NCBI GenBank assembly: GCA_051362555.1
Contig: CM120646.1
Coordinates: forward strand, 12,834,001 to 12,898,000
DNA from: Lingula anatina
Lineage: Eukaryota; Animalia; Brachiopoda
Reading direction: 5' to 3'
Length of the DNA stretch: 64,000 nucleotides
This document shows, piece after piece, positions 10,670 to 23,348 of this stretch. The notes below the pieces were generated by a model. The model made no database searches and was not told the origin of the DNA. It saw nothing but the letters and a program-made list of their open reading frames with translations. Both the position numbers and the translations under genes were made by a program. Every line of letters starts with the position of its first letter. Position 1 is the first letter of the stretch.

Positions 10670-12490
10670 AATTATTATTTCAGGGATGCTAACTGATCTC
10701 CTGTTTATCTCTTCTGTGATAACTTTGGTTAAAAGTCAGATGATTAATCAGTGCAAAAAATTATTATGTGAAGAAAATGTGTTGTTTTATATGTAAAATT
10801 AAAAGAAAAGTTGGGTGATCACTGATTTTTGTAAAGTTAATGTGAGTCCAGATGTACCAATTTTATTGCTTACAAATGCAGGAAAACCAGTTGAACTATG
10901 TCATAAGTTATAATTATAGATTGAAGACCATGACATTTTAGTACTGCTAGACTATATGCACAGGTGGTGGTATTACAATATTTGGTGGCAGCGGTGGGAT
11001 TTGATGATGAAGTGTAGATTCAAAACTTTAGGAGACATAGAATTTGATAGGGGTAAAATAGGAAGACAGACACATGAAGTTAAGTTCATTAGTACTGTAA
11101 GAACAGCACACTGTATGCAACGATCTTTGTTTACTTGATAATTAGTGTCAACTTATGTGCAAATCATGTGAGCTATTTAAATGTAGACCTACGATTTAAC
11201 TTATCATCAAACCCATGTAAATATTTGTAAAGTTATCTTAACTTATAAGGAGTATGAAATAAATACACAATGTGTGAGGCAATTTTTGTTAAATAACACA
11301 GTATAGGATAACACCAAGTTCCTTTAAAAAACTACAAAAACTTTCCTTTTGCCATACTATATATTTCACAGCTAAGTTGTACAGTGTATGCCATGTCCCA
11401 AAAAAGGGAGGTCATTGTTGTGACCTTCATATGGTGCTGTGTTGTAGGCCAAGTTGGATTAATTAGGCAGAGGCATAATCTAAAGTAATTGTTATAATGA
11501 AGTATGGCATGCTGTGATTTATTGTTATTAAAAGGCTCTTTTATGCATGCACTTATGCATCTTTTTCACGTTTATATACATGTGTAGCATGAAAAGAACT
11601 TACGAAAAGCTTTTTGTACACTGAAAATGAAGGTTCTCTTGCGTTATAGCATCGGACCAGTTAGAAATTATTTGTATCCTTAATTTTAAGGAATAGGAGC
11701 ATGCTTAATGACTACATCCACAATACTTTTGATTAGCACATTTTATAGAATACCAAGTAAATATTGCCATTAACATATTTTAAGGACAATAACTATGTAA
11801 ATCTGTAAATAAAATGAAATTAATTTGATATGATTTGTATTTTGTGATTTTTATGAACAGACGCAATCTGAACATGTAGCCACCGTCGTAATCAAAACCA
11901 TTGTTACCGTGCATTTTTCACTGTAAATGCAAGTGCCTTAGCCTCAAATTTTCTGATGGGATTAATAGCATTTAATGGAGGTCAAGCTCAAAAAGCAGCT
12001 TAATTGAACCTTTTGCTCAATTTCCACGGTAACAATAGTGGTGGAGATTCTGCTGTAAAATGAAATGCAAAATTATATCAAAATTGGAAAAAGAAAAACA
12101 TTTTGTGCACTGTCGTTATTTTCTTTGTCTGTACTTTAAACAGCTTTGCATTTACAGCATAATCTCTATTAATATTGTTTTGTATTGTAAGAAAGATTGA
12201 GCCCCTTATATTCTATTTTGACCTGACAATAAATGCATTTTTTACGGGATAAAAGAATTTATTTTCAGTTTCTTTACTCAATTAATTCACAAGATTACAT
12301 TATAGCAAATCCTGGCATATAGCTGATCATAGCTTTAAATTCTTATACATCAGGCACAGACAGCTGTGCTGTGACTTATCCAAACTGATTACATATTCGT
12401 AATGTAATGTGTACAAGGATGTACCATCAAGTTATCATACAGCATCGGTCAACCTTGAACCAAAATCCTGGTTCCTTTTATGTAATGTTA

Positions 12491-13280
12491 GGTCAGCTGT
12501 GGAACCAGTATCTTTGGTACCTTACTGTCATGTTACCATACACCAACGGTCAGCTGTAAACCAGTATCTTTGGTGCCTTACTGTCATGTTACCATACATC
12601 ACAGGTCAGCTGTGATTCAGTATCTTTGGTGCCTTACTGTCATGTTACCATACATCACAGGTCAGCTGTAAACCAGTATCTTTGGTGCCTTACTGTCATG
12701 TTACCATACACCAACGGTCAGCTGTAAACCAGTATCTTTGGTGCCTTACTGTCATGTTACCATACACCAACGGTCAGCTGTGATTCAGTATCTTTGGTGC
12801 CTTATTGTCATGTTACCATACATCACAGGTCAGCTGTAAACCAGTATCTTTGGTGCCTTATTGTCATGTTACCATACATCACAGGTCAGCTGTAAACCAG
12901 TATCTTTGGTGCCTTATTGTCATGTTACCATACATCACAGGTCAGCTGTAAACTAAAACCTTTGGTGCCTTACTGCCATGTTACCATAAAGCATAACTTA
13001 GCTGTAAATCAGTATCTTTGGTGCCTTACTGTCATGTTACCATACATCACAGGTCAGCTGTAAACCAGTATCTTTGGTGCCTTACTGTCATGTTACCATA
13101 CATCACAGTACAGCTGTGAACCAGTATCTTTGGTGCCTTACTGTCATGTTACCATACATCATAGTACAGCTGTGAACCAGTTTCCTTGCTGCCTTAATTA
13201 CTGTCATGTTACCATACAGAATACGTCAGCTGTGAACCAGTATCTTGGGGTCTTCACAATCATGTTGCCACACAGCATAA
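12491..13280. repeat. 56-bp minisatellite, ~14 copies, in the 3' UTR of the AGA-like gene and overlapping its last codons
   Basis: Unit GGTCAGCTGTAAACCAGTATCTTTGGTGCCTTACTGTCATGTTACCATACATCACA, starting at 12491, 12548, 12604, 12660, 12716, 12772, 12828, 12884, 12940 and onward. Confidence 0.95.
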
Positions 13281-16200
13281 GCAAATCCATTATAAGATGA
13301 ACTTCCATTATGCCCTCCGGAGATTTTAACAGTGCTACCTGCTCCTATTTCACCCTGAAATGAAAATGGCATTCTCACTCAAATCCCATACCTTCCCCAA
13401 CATTTCTCATTTTCATTGTCCACACCTTGTCCTTCATGTACAATATTTGCCATCTGTTTACCTTCCTCTCTGTCAAACAGATCCAACATAGCTGAAAGGG
13501 GCATTTCCCAACCCTGCAACCAACTATCTATCTTTCTCTGGTCAAAAATGAAAGTCTGCTGTCAAGTTTATATGCAATTTGGGCACTGCAGAAAGTAACT
13601 GTTTGTGAAAGTTTTTTTTTTATTACATGACGTGTCGGATGCACATTTTCTAGGCATATGTTTTTATTTTGTCAATATGATACAGGCAGTCTTCAATTAC
13701 AAATTTCACAAAATCTATGATACTAACTTCCGTTTGACAAAAATCCTGTACAAAATCATGGCAATGCATAAATTGAAAAAAAAAAACTAAATCACGGCAA
13801 TTTAAGTTTCACCTGCATATTCATGGCTATGAGGCCTATTTCTAATGGTGGATCTTCCCCAAGTCTCTCTACCATCTCTGCTACAACACTGGAACAGCAT
13901 TCTGAGGGAGACAGTCCCTAAAAAATCCACACAGTCATACACTCGTTTCCAAGTAAAATGTTTTAGCATGACACAAAATGCAGCCTATCAATTACAAGAG
14001 ATAACTGACTTTTACTAAAGAAGAATGAAAACCATTTAACCTAATAATTAGAGCACTGTCATCATTATCGTCATTCTACATATTTGAAACCGAAAGACAA
14101 CACTACCAGTGATGAGTATAAGAGAATATAAATAAATTCACTCAGACTATATCTGTATTTAAGTTGGGGTGAAACTGTACCTGTTTCATGAGTTGTACAA
14201 CATGGAAGCTAGGGCAGAATCTCATGATCTTATCTCCATCCCCAGTGGCACAGGCAGCTCCTGCTTTATCATCTGAAATACAATGTATATTTAAAGGCAT
14301 ACAATGCACGTTTCACTACCATGAAACAACTGACTAATGACACTTTTTCAGTTCACAAGAGAAATCTCTGCATTGTTCCTGGAAAGCAGAACATTACTTG
14401 TATTTTTATGAAAGAAACTGCACCTCATCATGCCACTTGGTCAAACACATGATAGATCATTAACTTTGAATGAATACACAACCATAAATGTACATATCTT
14501 AGGTGATCTAATGCCCATTTACATGCACCTGCATAGAGCCCTGCTCCTGGTAAGGGACTGTCACCAACTCTTCCCACAGCCTTAAAAGGAGCACCACTAG
14601 ATGACACACCTTAGGGACATAGGAAAAGAGAACATGCTCTAATGTTAAATTTTGAAAGAGGGCAATATATGCCCTTAAAAGAGATAAAGATAGCTTTTAA
14701 CCCTAAATGATGTACTTGAAATAAAAAAAAAAGTCAATAAACAAGAACCCACTCAAGCCAAAACAAAATCAAAGTTTACTCACATCATCAGCATGTCACA
14801 TTCAAGCCGCTGAGATGTTCATTATAGCACTGTCGATGTTAGAATTTTGTCAATGTCATAACAACCATGATGCCAAAAACCACCACAATTAATATCATAG
14901 AAAATTAAAATAACACAGAAATACCACAACCATCAAAATGCCATAGCCACAATGTTACAACCATAGCATCATCTCAACCACCACAACCATTAAAATGCCA
15001 CAGCTACAACAATACCACAACTAAACCAATGCAAATCCTACCTACTGCAATCTGCCCATGCCTATCCAGAGCAATGACACCCAATGTATCATGTTTATCA
15101 AACAGGCTCTCATAGTGTACTCTATGAGAGAATTTCTAAAAATAAAATAATAAAAAAGAAAGTACAAAAATCAATAATAAAAAGGCATATTCAATACAGG
15201 AATTTGAAATTCCAAGTTGCTGAAAATCAATTTTATCAAGTTTACACCAAATATCTATCATAAGTGATAAAATGTGTAGTTTATATAAACGTGCACAATG
15301 CATATTTAATAAATAAATAATGCACTGTGTTACAGAAGTCTTGTATAGTTGTCATCAGCTGTGTATTGTGCAAGATACTATAAATATATTGTGCTAATGT
15401 GATTGAGATAAGCCACATATTTACTTCATACTCTTCCCTTCCCTGAGCTGTCAGTAGCTGATCATTAGTCTGAGTGGTGAAGCCACACTTCTTAGCAAAC
15501 TCGAGGGCACCCTGTCCCACTAGTAGGCTGTGTGGCGACCCCTGCATCACTCTCCGAGCCACTGAGATGGGGGTAGAGATCCTGAAATAAAGAAAAGTAT
15601 AATTTCTTAATTATGGTTATTAAAAGGGGTTAATTTTCTCTGCACAATGAAATGCCTCCATTCTCAACTTAATTTGTGCTTAACGTCTTTGCTTGTACAA
15701 ATGTCTTTTTAAAAGTTTAGGTACTACCAATGGCTCACTAGGCTGAATACTCCCTCTGCAACAGACAGTTCTTAGTAGTGGTCTCCTTCAGAAACTAAAG
15801 GCCATCAGTTGGGATGTCATAGCCACGAGCGAACTTTTCAATGTTACTTAAAAGTGGCATTTTCATTAGTGTTTAGGTACAGGTTTTCACTGTATCAATG
15901 TTTCTTTTTTTTCTAAAAAAAATATCAGAAATGCTTTAATAAAGTATGACATCATATGACATCCACGATAAAATAAAAATCTCATTAGGTACCCCTCGAG
16001 AGCAGCCACGCCCCCATACTGTAGTGAACTGCCCTCCATGAGAGCAGCATCCAGCTGTAGTGTTCCTGCAGCATTGGGCATACCTCCCTTCCCCACTAGG
16101 TACCGTCCATAGGCTGGGTCATCTTCCAGGACTGAAACAGGGGAAAAGGCAATTACATATATTAACACGTAATTGTGAACAGAAGATGACAGGCTAGCCT

Positions 16201-16510
16201 CACTATCTTAGGGTGTATTCCCAGAGCTGTTAGATCGATCTATCTCTGCAGGGAGTCTCACTAGATTAGTGTCAGATAATCCGGCTTAAATGTCCATCCT
16301 GCCTACTTCAAGCTGTAAGGGGGTAATTAACTTTCCTGCCCGCTCGGCTAACAGCTATTTAGCGAGAACCCCCAGGGAGTTAGGTCGATCTACAGTAGAT
16401 CGATCTAAACTCTGGGAATGGGGTCTTAGAAAATAGTGTCCTAACGGAAAGGAACAAATATAAAGAAACACATTGGGAAAGGACATGTTTTTGTGTAAGT
16501 GACAGATAAT

Positions 16511-16571
<61 letters not shown>

Positions 16572-17100
16572 TCTGTCACTTACACATATATATATAAAAG
16601 AAAAGGAATATGTTTTCCTTCGAAAGCGCACACTATTCATTTATCTCTTATTAACTGTATATTTTATTTGTCAGACATAACAAAAATGTGATACATGGGT
16701 AAAATGAAAAATTACAAAATCTAAATTAAATATAATCTTTTAATTCACCCTGGCCAACAAATAGCACTATCAACATTATATCAAACCAAGTCATAAATGA
16801 TTTGCGACGATGACGATCTTCCCGGTGTGAATTGTTTTGTCGGCAAAATATATTTTTATGCTACGGGCTACAGCAGACGATTTTTAGTGACCGGCAGTAC
16901 ACAGATTTCCCAGCGGCAAATCCGCCTGTTCACATACGACCGATACGTTTCATAAGTCAAAACCCGTTAACCTTTCGATAGAACTTACTCCTTATAGATT
17001 TCTCTACGGCATCTAGACAAGAATCACCAGTTTGCAGGAGATTTTTGCAAATTTTTACCGCGTCTATCCCAAATGCCCATGTCGCTGCACAGGCTGCCAT
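13226..17100 (-). CDS. N(4)-(beta-N-acetylglucosaminyl)-L-asparaginase-like protein (type 2 asparaginase, Ntn-hydrolase), 302 aa, no signal peptide
   Basis: Exons 16989-17100, 15993-16131, 15425-15581, 15042-15135, 14529-14609, 14181-14272, 13813-13917 and 13226-13354 sum to 909 nt with consistent phases. Motifs: TWAF, LDAVE, LQLDAALMEG, ISTPISVARRVM..SPHSLLVGQGA, autocleavage site HD|TLG, GRVGDSPLPGAGLYAD, ATGDGD.IMRFCPS. Confidence 0.93.
16211..16425. mobile_element. PIF/Harbinger-like MITE (family A)
   Basis: TIRs GGGTGTATTCCCAGAG...TAGATCGATCTA / TAGATCGATCTA...CTCTGGGAATGGGGTC, with TTA on both flanks. Confidence 0.8.
16514..16567. repeat. (TA)n microsatellite
   Basis: Visible TA run. 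Confidence 0.95.
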
Positions 17101-17221
17101 CAGCAAAAAATGATGACGTAGTGCACTACAGGATATGACGTACTTCACAATACACGAGAAGACGGAGACAACATTGAGCGAGGGAAATTTAGAAGTTCCT
17201 GAGATTTTTTACAGATCATAG
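17101..17221. promoter_or_regulatory. Putative compact bidirectional promoter of the AGA-like and PHLDB-like genes, with a non-coding first exon on + (donor TAG|GTAAGA at 17221/17222)
   Basis: Two ATGACGTA (CRE-like) motifs at ~17113 and ~17135, a CpG-richer island at ~16800-17520, and a strong + strand donor 121 bp from the minus-strand ATG. Confidence 0.55.
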
Positions 17222-18084
17222 GTAAGAGGAAACATGTTTTTATACAAATTTACATAGTTACTGTAAATGATTATTTAAAGGCGTTACATGACATAAGGGG
17301 AATCAAAGTGTTCCCGGTTTTGTGTCGTTAGCACTAAAATTTCGTAGGACCACTCGTCAGTGTTGATACATGTACATGTACTACCGTAGACGACACTGCA
17401 GCAAGTAAACAGGTTTTGCTTCAGCCGCAAGCTATACGATAATTAAGTTTTAAAATCGCGATAAAAATGATGTCACGTTGTAGAATAAGAACTTGATAGC
17501 ATAGACCGTCTTCTCCGTGTTGTATTCACTTGTTTTGATACATTGCAAGGCTTAGTTTTAGAGGTTTTCTGAAGTTGGGAAATATGTATGGTTTTTAAAA
17601 AAGTTTTCCCTGTCCGAACTTAGTATCAGTGGCACATTTGAAATATTGTGGTTTTATTTGGTCAGCATAGCTAAATGAAATTCACTTGGCCAGATTAAAT
17701 CTTGGCTATCTGCTTTCAGTTTCAATAGATAAGCAGTACAAGAAGAATAATGCTCAGGAGTAAATTAAAAATTATAAGTGTAGAAAATCTTTAAATACTC
17801 TTTTGTGCCAGCACTTTCATTCGTCTACATGCTGAATCAGAGAAATTTTTTCTATTCCTGTTAAGTTTTACACAAACTGGCTATAAAATGTTAACTATCT
17901 CAGTTATATTCCAATAAGATACCCCAGGTGTATTACCACCCAAGCAGTTGTTGATATATATACTCTGAAATCAGAATACCCCCATTAAAGCAAGCAACCG
18001 TTCTCCGAGAGAAATCCAGTTTACCTTGACCTAGTGAAGTATGTAGGTGGGCCTTAATAATGCATACCTGTGTAAACCAGGTAG

Positions 18085-18195
18085 CCCTCATGAAAAAGTC
18101 CTATAGGATCCTATAAGATCCTATAGGAAATTGGCCCAATTTCCTATAGGATCCTATAGGATCTTATAGGATCCTATAGGACTTTTTCGTAAGGT
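18085..18195. mobile_element. Palindromic MITE (CMC-like) built from CCTATAGGAT repeats
   Basis: CCCTCATGAAAAAGTCCTATAGG ... CCTATAGGACTTTTTCGTAAGGT, flanked by AG on both sides. Almost entirely self-complementary. Confidence 0.75.
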
Positions 18196-19424
18196 AGGGG
18201 TTATAAAGTTTAGGGAAATTACTGTACAGATAATTTGTCACATGTTTATTTTATTTCGCATTTTAAAAAGAAAACGAGCTAACGGAGCTGATGGAGCAAG
18301 AATAATATAATGTACTAAAAGACATGTTTAGTTTGTTTTTTTCTAGTGAATTTTTAAAAAGGATACTGTCATTATTCTAGTAGTATGTATACTTATTGTT
18401 TTCTTGTGGTTTTGTTTTGTAGAAAAAAAAATGAGGCATTTCCTGATCTTTATCAGCAGTAATACTTGTATCCCCACTTCAAGATATTTTTGTAAAACAA
18501 CATCAAACACTGAACTGTATTATACTGACCAAACCACAAACTAAAAAATAAATGTAATGAGATTAACCAAAATAATAGAACTTAGTAGACTGTAACCACT
18601 GTTGAAGATATATCTAGTTAGGTTGAAAATGTAAGGTGTTGTTGCACTTCTACTGATATTTTATTGGGAAATAAACCCCCAAAATTGTGCAATCCTGTTT
18701 AGGGGTATATTGGGAGTCCATTATTCTGTGGGTGTATATGTTCCTGTGGAGAGAAAAGAATTACAGAGCATGACTGCCAAGTCCTGGTATATCAACTTTC
18801 AAGGTGTGTATGTGTGAATAATCCATGAATAAAACCTGGCCTTTAAGCATTCCATCTAACACTAAGAGGCAGTGCTGGCCCATCATCCATGTATACATAC
18901 ATCTACATGGTTATATGGAATGGAAATTAATTCAGCCCTCTTAATTCATTTAATTAATAGCTGTGTGTGTACTTAGATAATTGAGTCATTCAGTATAGCT
19001 AATAAAAGGGGAAATGAAAGGCTTTAGATGCAGCAGTTGTGTGGTCTTGTGAATGGAAATAAAAGAAATAAAGGTCAGTTTATTCAGAAATATTTGTCTT
19101 GTGCATTTGTAACATGTTTCGATGGACTTAATAGTTGGAATGAGGCATTTGTTTCATTTTAGTGGAGGTAGAGGGGGTCGTTGGCACGAATAGACAGTTG
19201 ACTATCAGGAGAGAAGGCTTCTCTTAGCCAGATTGCACCATGTTGAATATGTGAACAGTGAATATGACAAATTTTCCATTTTTGTCAATTATCACCAAGT
19301 AAAAATCACTTTGGTATTTGAGGGAAAATTGATATGCAAGCATAAGACTAGCTATCTATAAGTAGGATCTGAGTAAAAATCACTCTGCATGTCCATGGCA
19401 ACAAAGAAGATAAATCGTAACATC

Positions 19425-19463
<39 letters not shown>

Positions 19464-21368
19464 AATGCATACATTTATGCATACACACACAAGCAAACAT
19501 GCACAAACAAACACACATGCACACAAATGCATGTGCATGCATGCATTCACATAAACACGCATACACACCCACTGCAGTCTTTTACCCTGGTCTGACCAGT
19601 CTACAAACTTTAAATGGAACCTTGCATGCAGACCTGCAATATTTATATCTGAGAGATAAGAACAAAGTGAAGATGACGGTTGCTAACAACAGTATTTTAG
19701 AAAAGATAGTCATCAGATAACGAGCTATGGGGAGAGAATTAAGAATAAATTTGGTAACTAGTACTCTGATGAGGCACCAGAGATGCTAACTGAAACAAGG
19801 AGGCTATTTTTGTAGGAAGCACTTAGAGACCAGATTGTATTGTATTCAGATGTTTTTTTTTTTTTTTTTTTGTTAACTTGGATCAAAGAAATGGGTTAAT
19901 TTGATTTAAAGCTTTTTGACATCCACCTATCTTTCAATTCATTTCTGTTAACTCTCTTTCTCTTTTTATTTTCTCAACGTGTTTTTTCCCTTTCCTCTTC
20001 ATTCTGATTGACCTTTCTGAACATGTCCTTCCCCCTCTCCCAGAGTCCTGCCTCTTATAAGTTTTTTTTTTTGTATAAATTTAAAGATAAATTGTACAGC
20101 AAGCTTTTCTCAGTGATGTTTTTATGCAGTTTTATTCTTGACATTATTTACCTTGAAACTATATATATATATATAAATCTGGCAAGTTGTTTATCATTGT
20201 TTTACTTCTATCAGCTGGACTCGGTGAATCATTGTATTATGATAATATCAAGGCATATTTTGACAGATGGCTTGCATGCTATGTTCTACAGGTTTGCTAT
20301 ATTCCAACAAACAAAATGAACCCATTTGGATCATGCCCAGATGATGATCAGAAAAGGGATTCGAGGACGGTAAAGTCATTGTGAAAGAAAGGCCAGATTG
20401 AATAAGAAGCATGCTGGAACTTTCTTAGGAAAATCTTGGAAATTAAAAAGTTGATCAGGTAAAAAGAACTTATAAATTGTAAAGTGTGAGTTAGATTTTA
20501 CATATTTGTTAGGTTACAATAGTACATGGGTAGTCTTGTTTAGGTGAATGTGAAATGTATTTAGAGGTGATTAAGATAGCTTTGTATTTTGTACAGATAT
20601 TTTCGTACAAATTTCTAAATCTTGTAATTAAACCAGAAATAATCCTACCCAGTATAAGTGAACTGCAGTTGGAGCAACCATGGCCTTCTTTTTATTTAGC
20701 AAAAAGACTGATTTTTCACTAAAATCATGATTATTGATATATTGAAACAAATAGTCAGACATTTCTCATTTTCTTTTGCCAAGGAAATTATTTTTGACTT
20801 GCTGAAACAAAATATATAATGGGAAAATACCATGAATTTACAAAGCTAAATACTCAATATAGGTAATAGGCATTGACTGTACAAGTATAATGTACAAATG
20901 CATAACCATTGCTACAGACAGTCATCAAATTTGCATTAACATGTATGAAGTAGGCGGACATCATCCATCACCATGTTGACAACGAACAGAACCAAGGTAC
21001 ATGTACATTAGTATATTCTTTCTATTATGTTACTATTTCTAAAACCAAAGGTCAGTCTAGGTCACAGGATCCAAAGTTTCACTGATAACTAATTGTTCTG
21101 TAATTGTGGTCATAAGGCTATGTCCGCAGGGGACACACAGAGGGTGACAAGCTGACGGCCCTCCAGAGAGTGAGTGACAACTCTTGCTGAGCTTAATCTT
21201 GTGTATGGCTAAGGGGCGAATAGCTGCCCTGTCTGGTTAGGTACTCCGGAACGCCATTTCAGGTAAAGCTGATGACAGCTCTTTTGAGGCTCAATGTTGT
21301 GTATAGCCAGTGGGCAAAGAGCTGTACTGACTGGTTAGGTACTTGGGAACATCATAACTGAAGAGTAA

Positions 21369-21583
21369 CACCCCATTTCCATAGATTAGATCGACCTACT
21401 TTAGAGCGATCTAACTCCCTGGGGGTTCACGCTAAATAGCTGTCAGCCGGGCGGACACGAAAGTTAATTACCCCCTTACAGCTTGTAGTAGGCGGGACGT
21501 ACACTTAAGTCAGATTATCTGAAAGTAATTTAGTGAGACTCCCCGCGGGGATAGATCGATCTAAAATCTATGGGAATAGAGCC
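21369..21583. mobile_element. PIF/Harbinger-like MITE (family A, opposite orientation to the 16211 copy)
   Basis: Internal sequence is the reverse complement of 16211-16425 (e.g. AAAGTTAATTACCCCCTTACAGCTTG). TAA on both flanks. Confidence 0.82.
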
Positions 21584-21632
21584 TAAGTGACAGCCCTTGT
21601 TAATGTTGTATATATTATAGCCCACAGTCAAA

Positions 21633-21902
21633 GACCCCTTTCCCATCTCTAGATCGATCTAGCAGGCTCGATCCATATCTGATGGGTTTCTCGCTGAGTT
21701 ACGTTCAGCTTAATATAAGCTACTCTGAGGACTAGCATGCCTGCTGAAGGAGGTTATTTTAAAACTATCATTTAGTTAAAACTATCATTTTTGCAGCTTC
21801 AGTAAGCGTTCCAGACAACTTAGCCATTTAAGCTGAATGTTATTTGGGGAGAATCCCCTCGGGTCGATCCTGCTAGATCGATCTAGGTATGGGAATGTGG
21901 TC
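21633..21902. mobile_element. PIF/Harbinger-like MITE related to family A
   Basis: TIRs GACCCCTTTCCCAT..CTAGATCGATCTAGCAGG / CCTGCTAGATCGATCTAG..ATGGGAATGTGGTC, with AAA on both flanks. Confidence 0.72.
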
Positions 21903-22578
21903 AAAGAGTTATCTTTACCAGTTGGAGTAGCTTGGGACACAATTTATTAAGAGGTAGTGGGAAGCTTTTTTTAACCAATCAAGATATAGGCGAGGCATAA
22001 GGACATAACCTGGTTGTAAACTTAAAGGGACTTAATGGATTGGCAATGCCCTGACTGGGTAAATCAGGGCTTGTTGTACTGGAATTGCTGGCATTAAGGT
22101 GCTCTAAATGGGCAAATATGTTGTTTAATGAGCTATTAAGAAGAAAATATCACCTGCAAACAGTGGGAATTGAATAGAGAAAACGCATAGAAATGTATGT
22201 GTTCCAAGGGTGGAGTTTGTTTCCTTGATGCTCCTTGGTGTAGATGTGTCTATTTCAAGGCAACTGCTGGCTACTCGAGTATATACCAGTAATGGGATGT
22301 AACTTCTGTATGGAAGCAGCGTTCAGTATTGTCTGACAAGTTAAACCCTAAGTTTGAACTTTTACTAGAAAGCAACCCATATTAATATCATATGATTGTT
22401 AGTACTAGAGTCAGTCCTAGCACAACCCCAGGGGAAGGGGGGGGTCCTGATGTGGGCAGTGTCAGGTCACACCCAGCACTGAGTTCAATAAAACTGTCCA
22501 AAGTCTCACTCCAGGAAGTTGTACATATATATATATTCTGTGTTCTGGAGTCGGGCAAGACTAGAAATTAAGTGTATA

Positions 22579-22580
<2 letters not shown>

Positions 22581-22632
<52 letters not shown>

Positions 22633-22641
22633 GGGGGGGGG
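22581..22641. repeat. (TG)n followed by a poly-G tract
   Basis: Directly visible. Confidence 0.9.
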
Positions 22642-22900
22642 ACAGGTTTCATGTATCACAACATTGGCTCCTCAGCATGACCCAGACATTTTGTTACATT
22701 CATACATCTTCCTGGAGTGGAAGTATTTCTTTAGTTGATCCATTATTGGATGGGTGGCACCTCTGTGGCTTTTGCTCAGATGACATTTAGATGTACACCT
22801 GATGGCTGGTGGTTTCATCATTATACAGACTAGACAACATCTGTGGTTGGGCCTTAATGAGGGGAGGATACCTGTAAACCACTATTCAAGGCGAGTCTTA

Positions 22901-23075
22901 GGCCTCATTCAGAACAGTGGACTAACTAGTCCGAGGGTCAAATATGGCCCACCCACTTGAAAACTGCCCCACGGGGAATCTATTCAGTGCCTATGAGTGG
23001 ATTAGAAGGCAAACTTTGTAGTGGGTGGCCATACTTGACCCTCGGACTAGTTAGTCCACTGTTCTGAATGCGACC
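22901..23075. mobile_element. PIF/Harbinger-like MITE
   Basis: Long TIRs GGCCTCATTCAGAACAGTGGACTAACTAGTCCGAGGGTCAA / TTGACCCTCGGACTAGTTAGTCCACTGTTCTGAATGCGACC, with TTA on both flanks. Confidence 0.88.
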
Positions 23076-23078
23076 TTA

Positions 23079-23348
23079 GACCGCATTCACAACGAGTTGA
23101 GCCAGGCTTTACAAATCCTGGGGACTAAATATGGCGGACGTACATGAAAGAAAAACCGCCTAATCTTTTAATAGTCTCTCCGCCTCTCACACGCCTCTGC
23201 ATGCGTCGTCCCTGCGGGGGTACAGTAATTAAAGTTCGGCTCCATTGGGACGACACATGGCGTTTAGGCGTTTTTTCTTTCATGTACGTCCGCCATATTT
23301 AGTCCCCAGGATTTGTAAAGCCTGGCTCAACTCGTTGTGAATGCGATC
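23079..23348. mobile_element. PIF/Harbinger-like MITE abutting the previous one
   Basis: Near-perfect TIRs of ~80 bp: GACCGCATTCACAACGAGTTGAGCCAGGCTTTACAAATCCTGGGGACTAAATATGGCGGACGTACATGAAAG... Flanks are TTA and TAA. Confidence 0.88.

Noticed and set aside
12491-13280. Regularly spaced repeat resembling a CRISPR array
   Set aside because: The units are contiguous with no unique spacers, the context is a eukaryotic intron-containing locus, and there are no cas genes.
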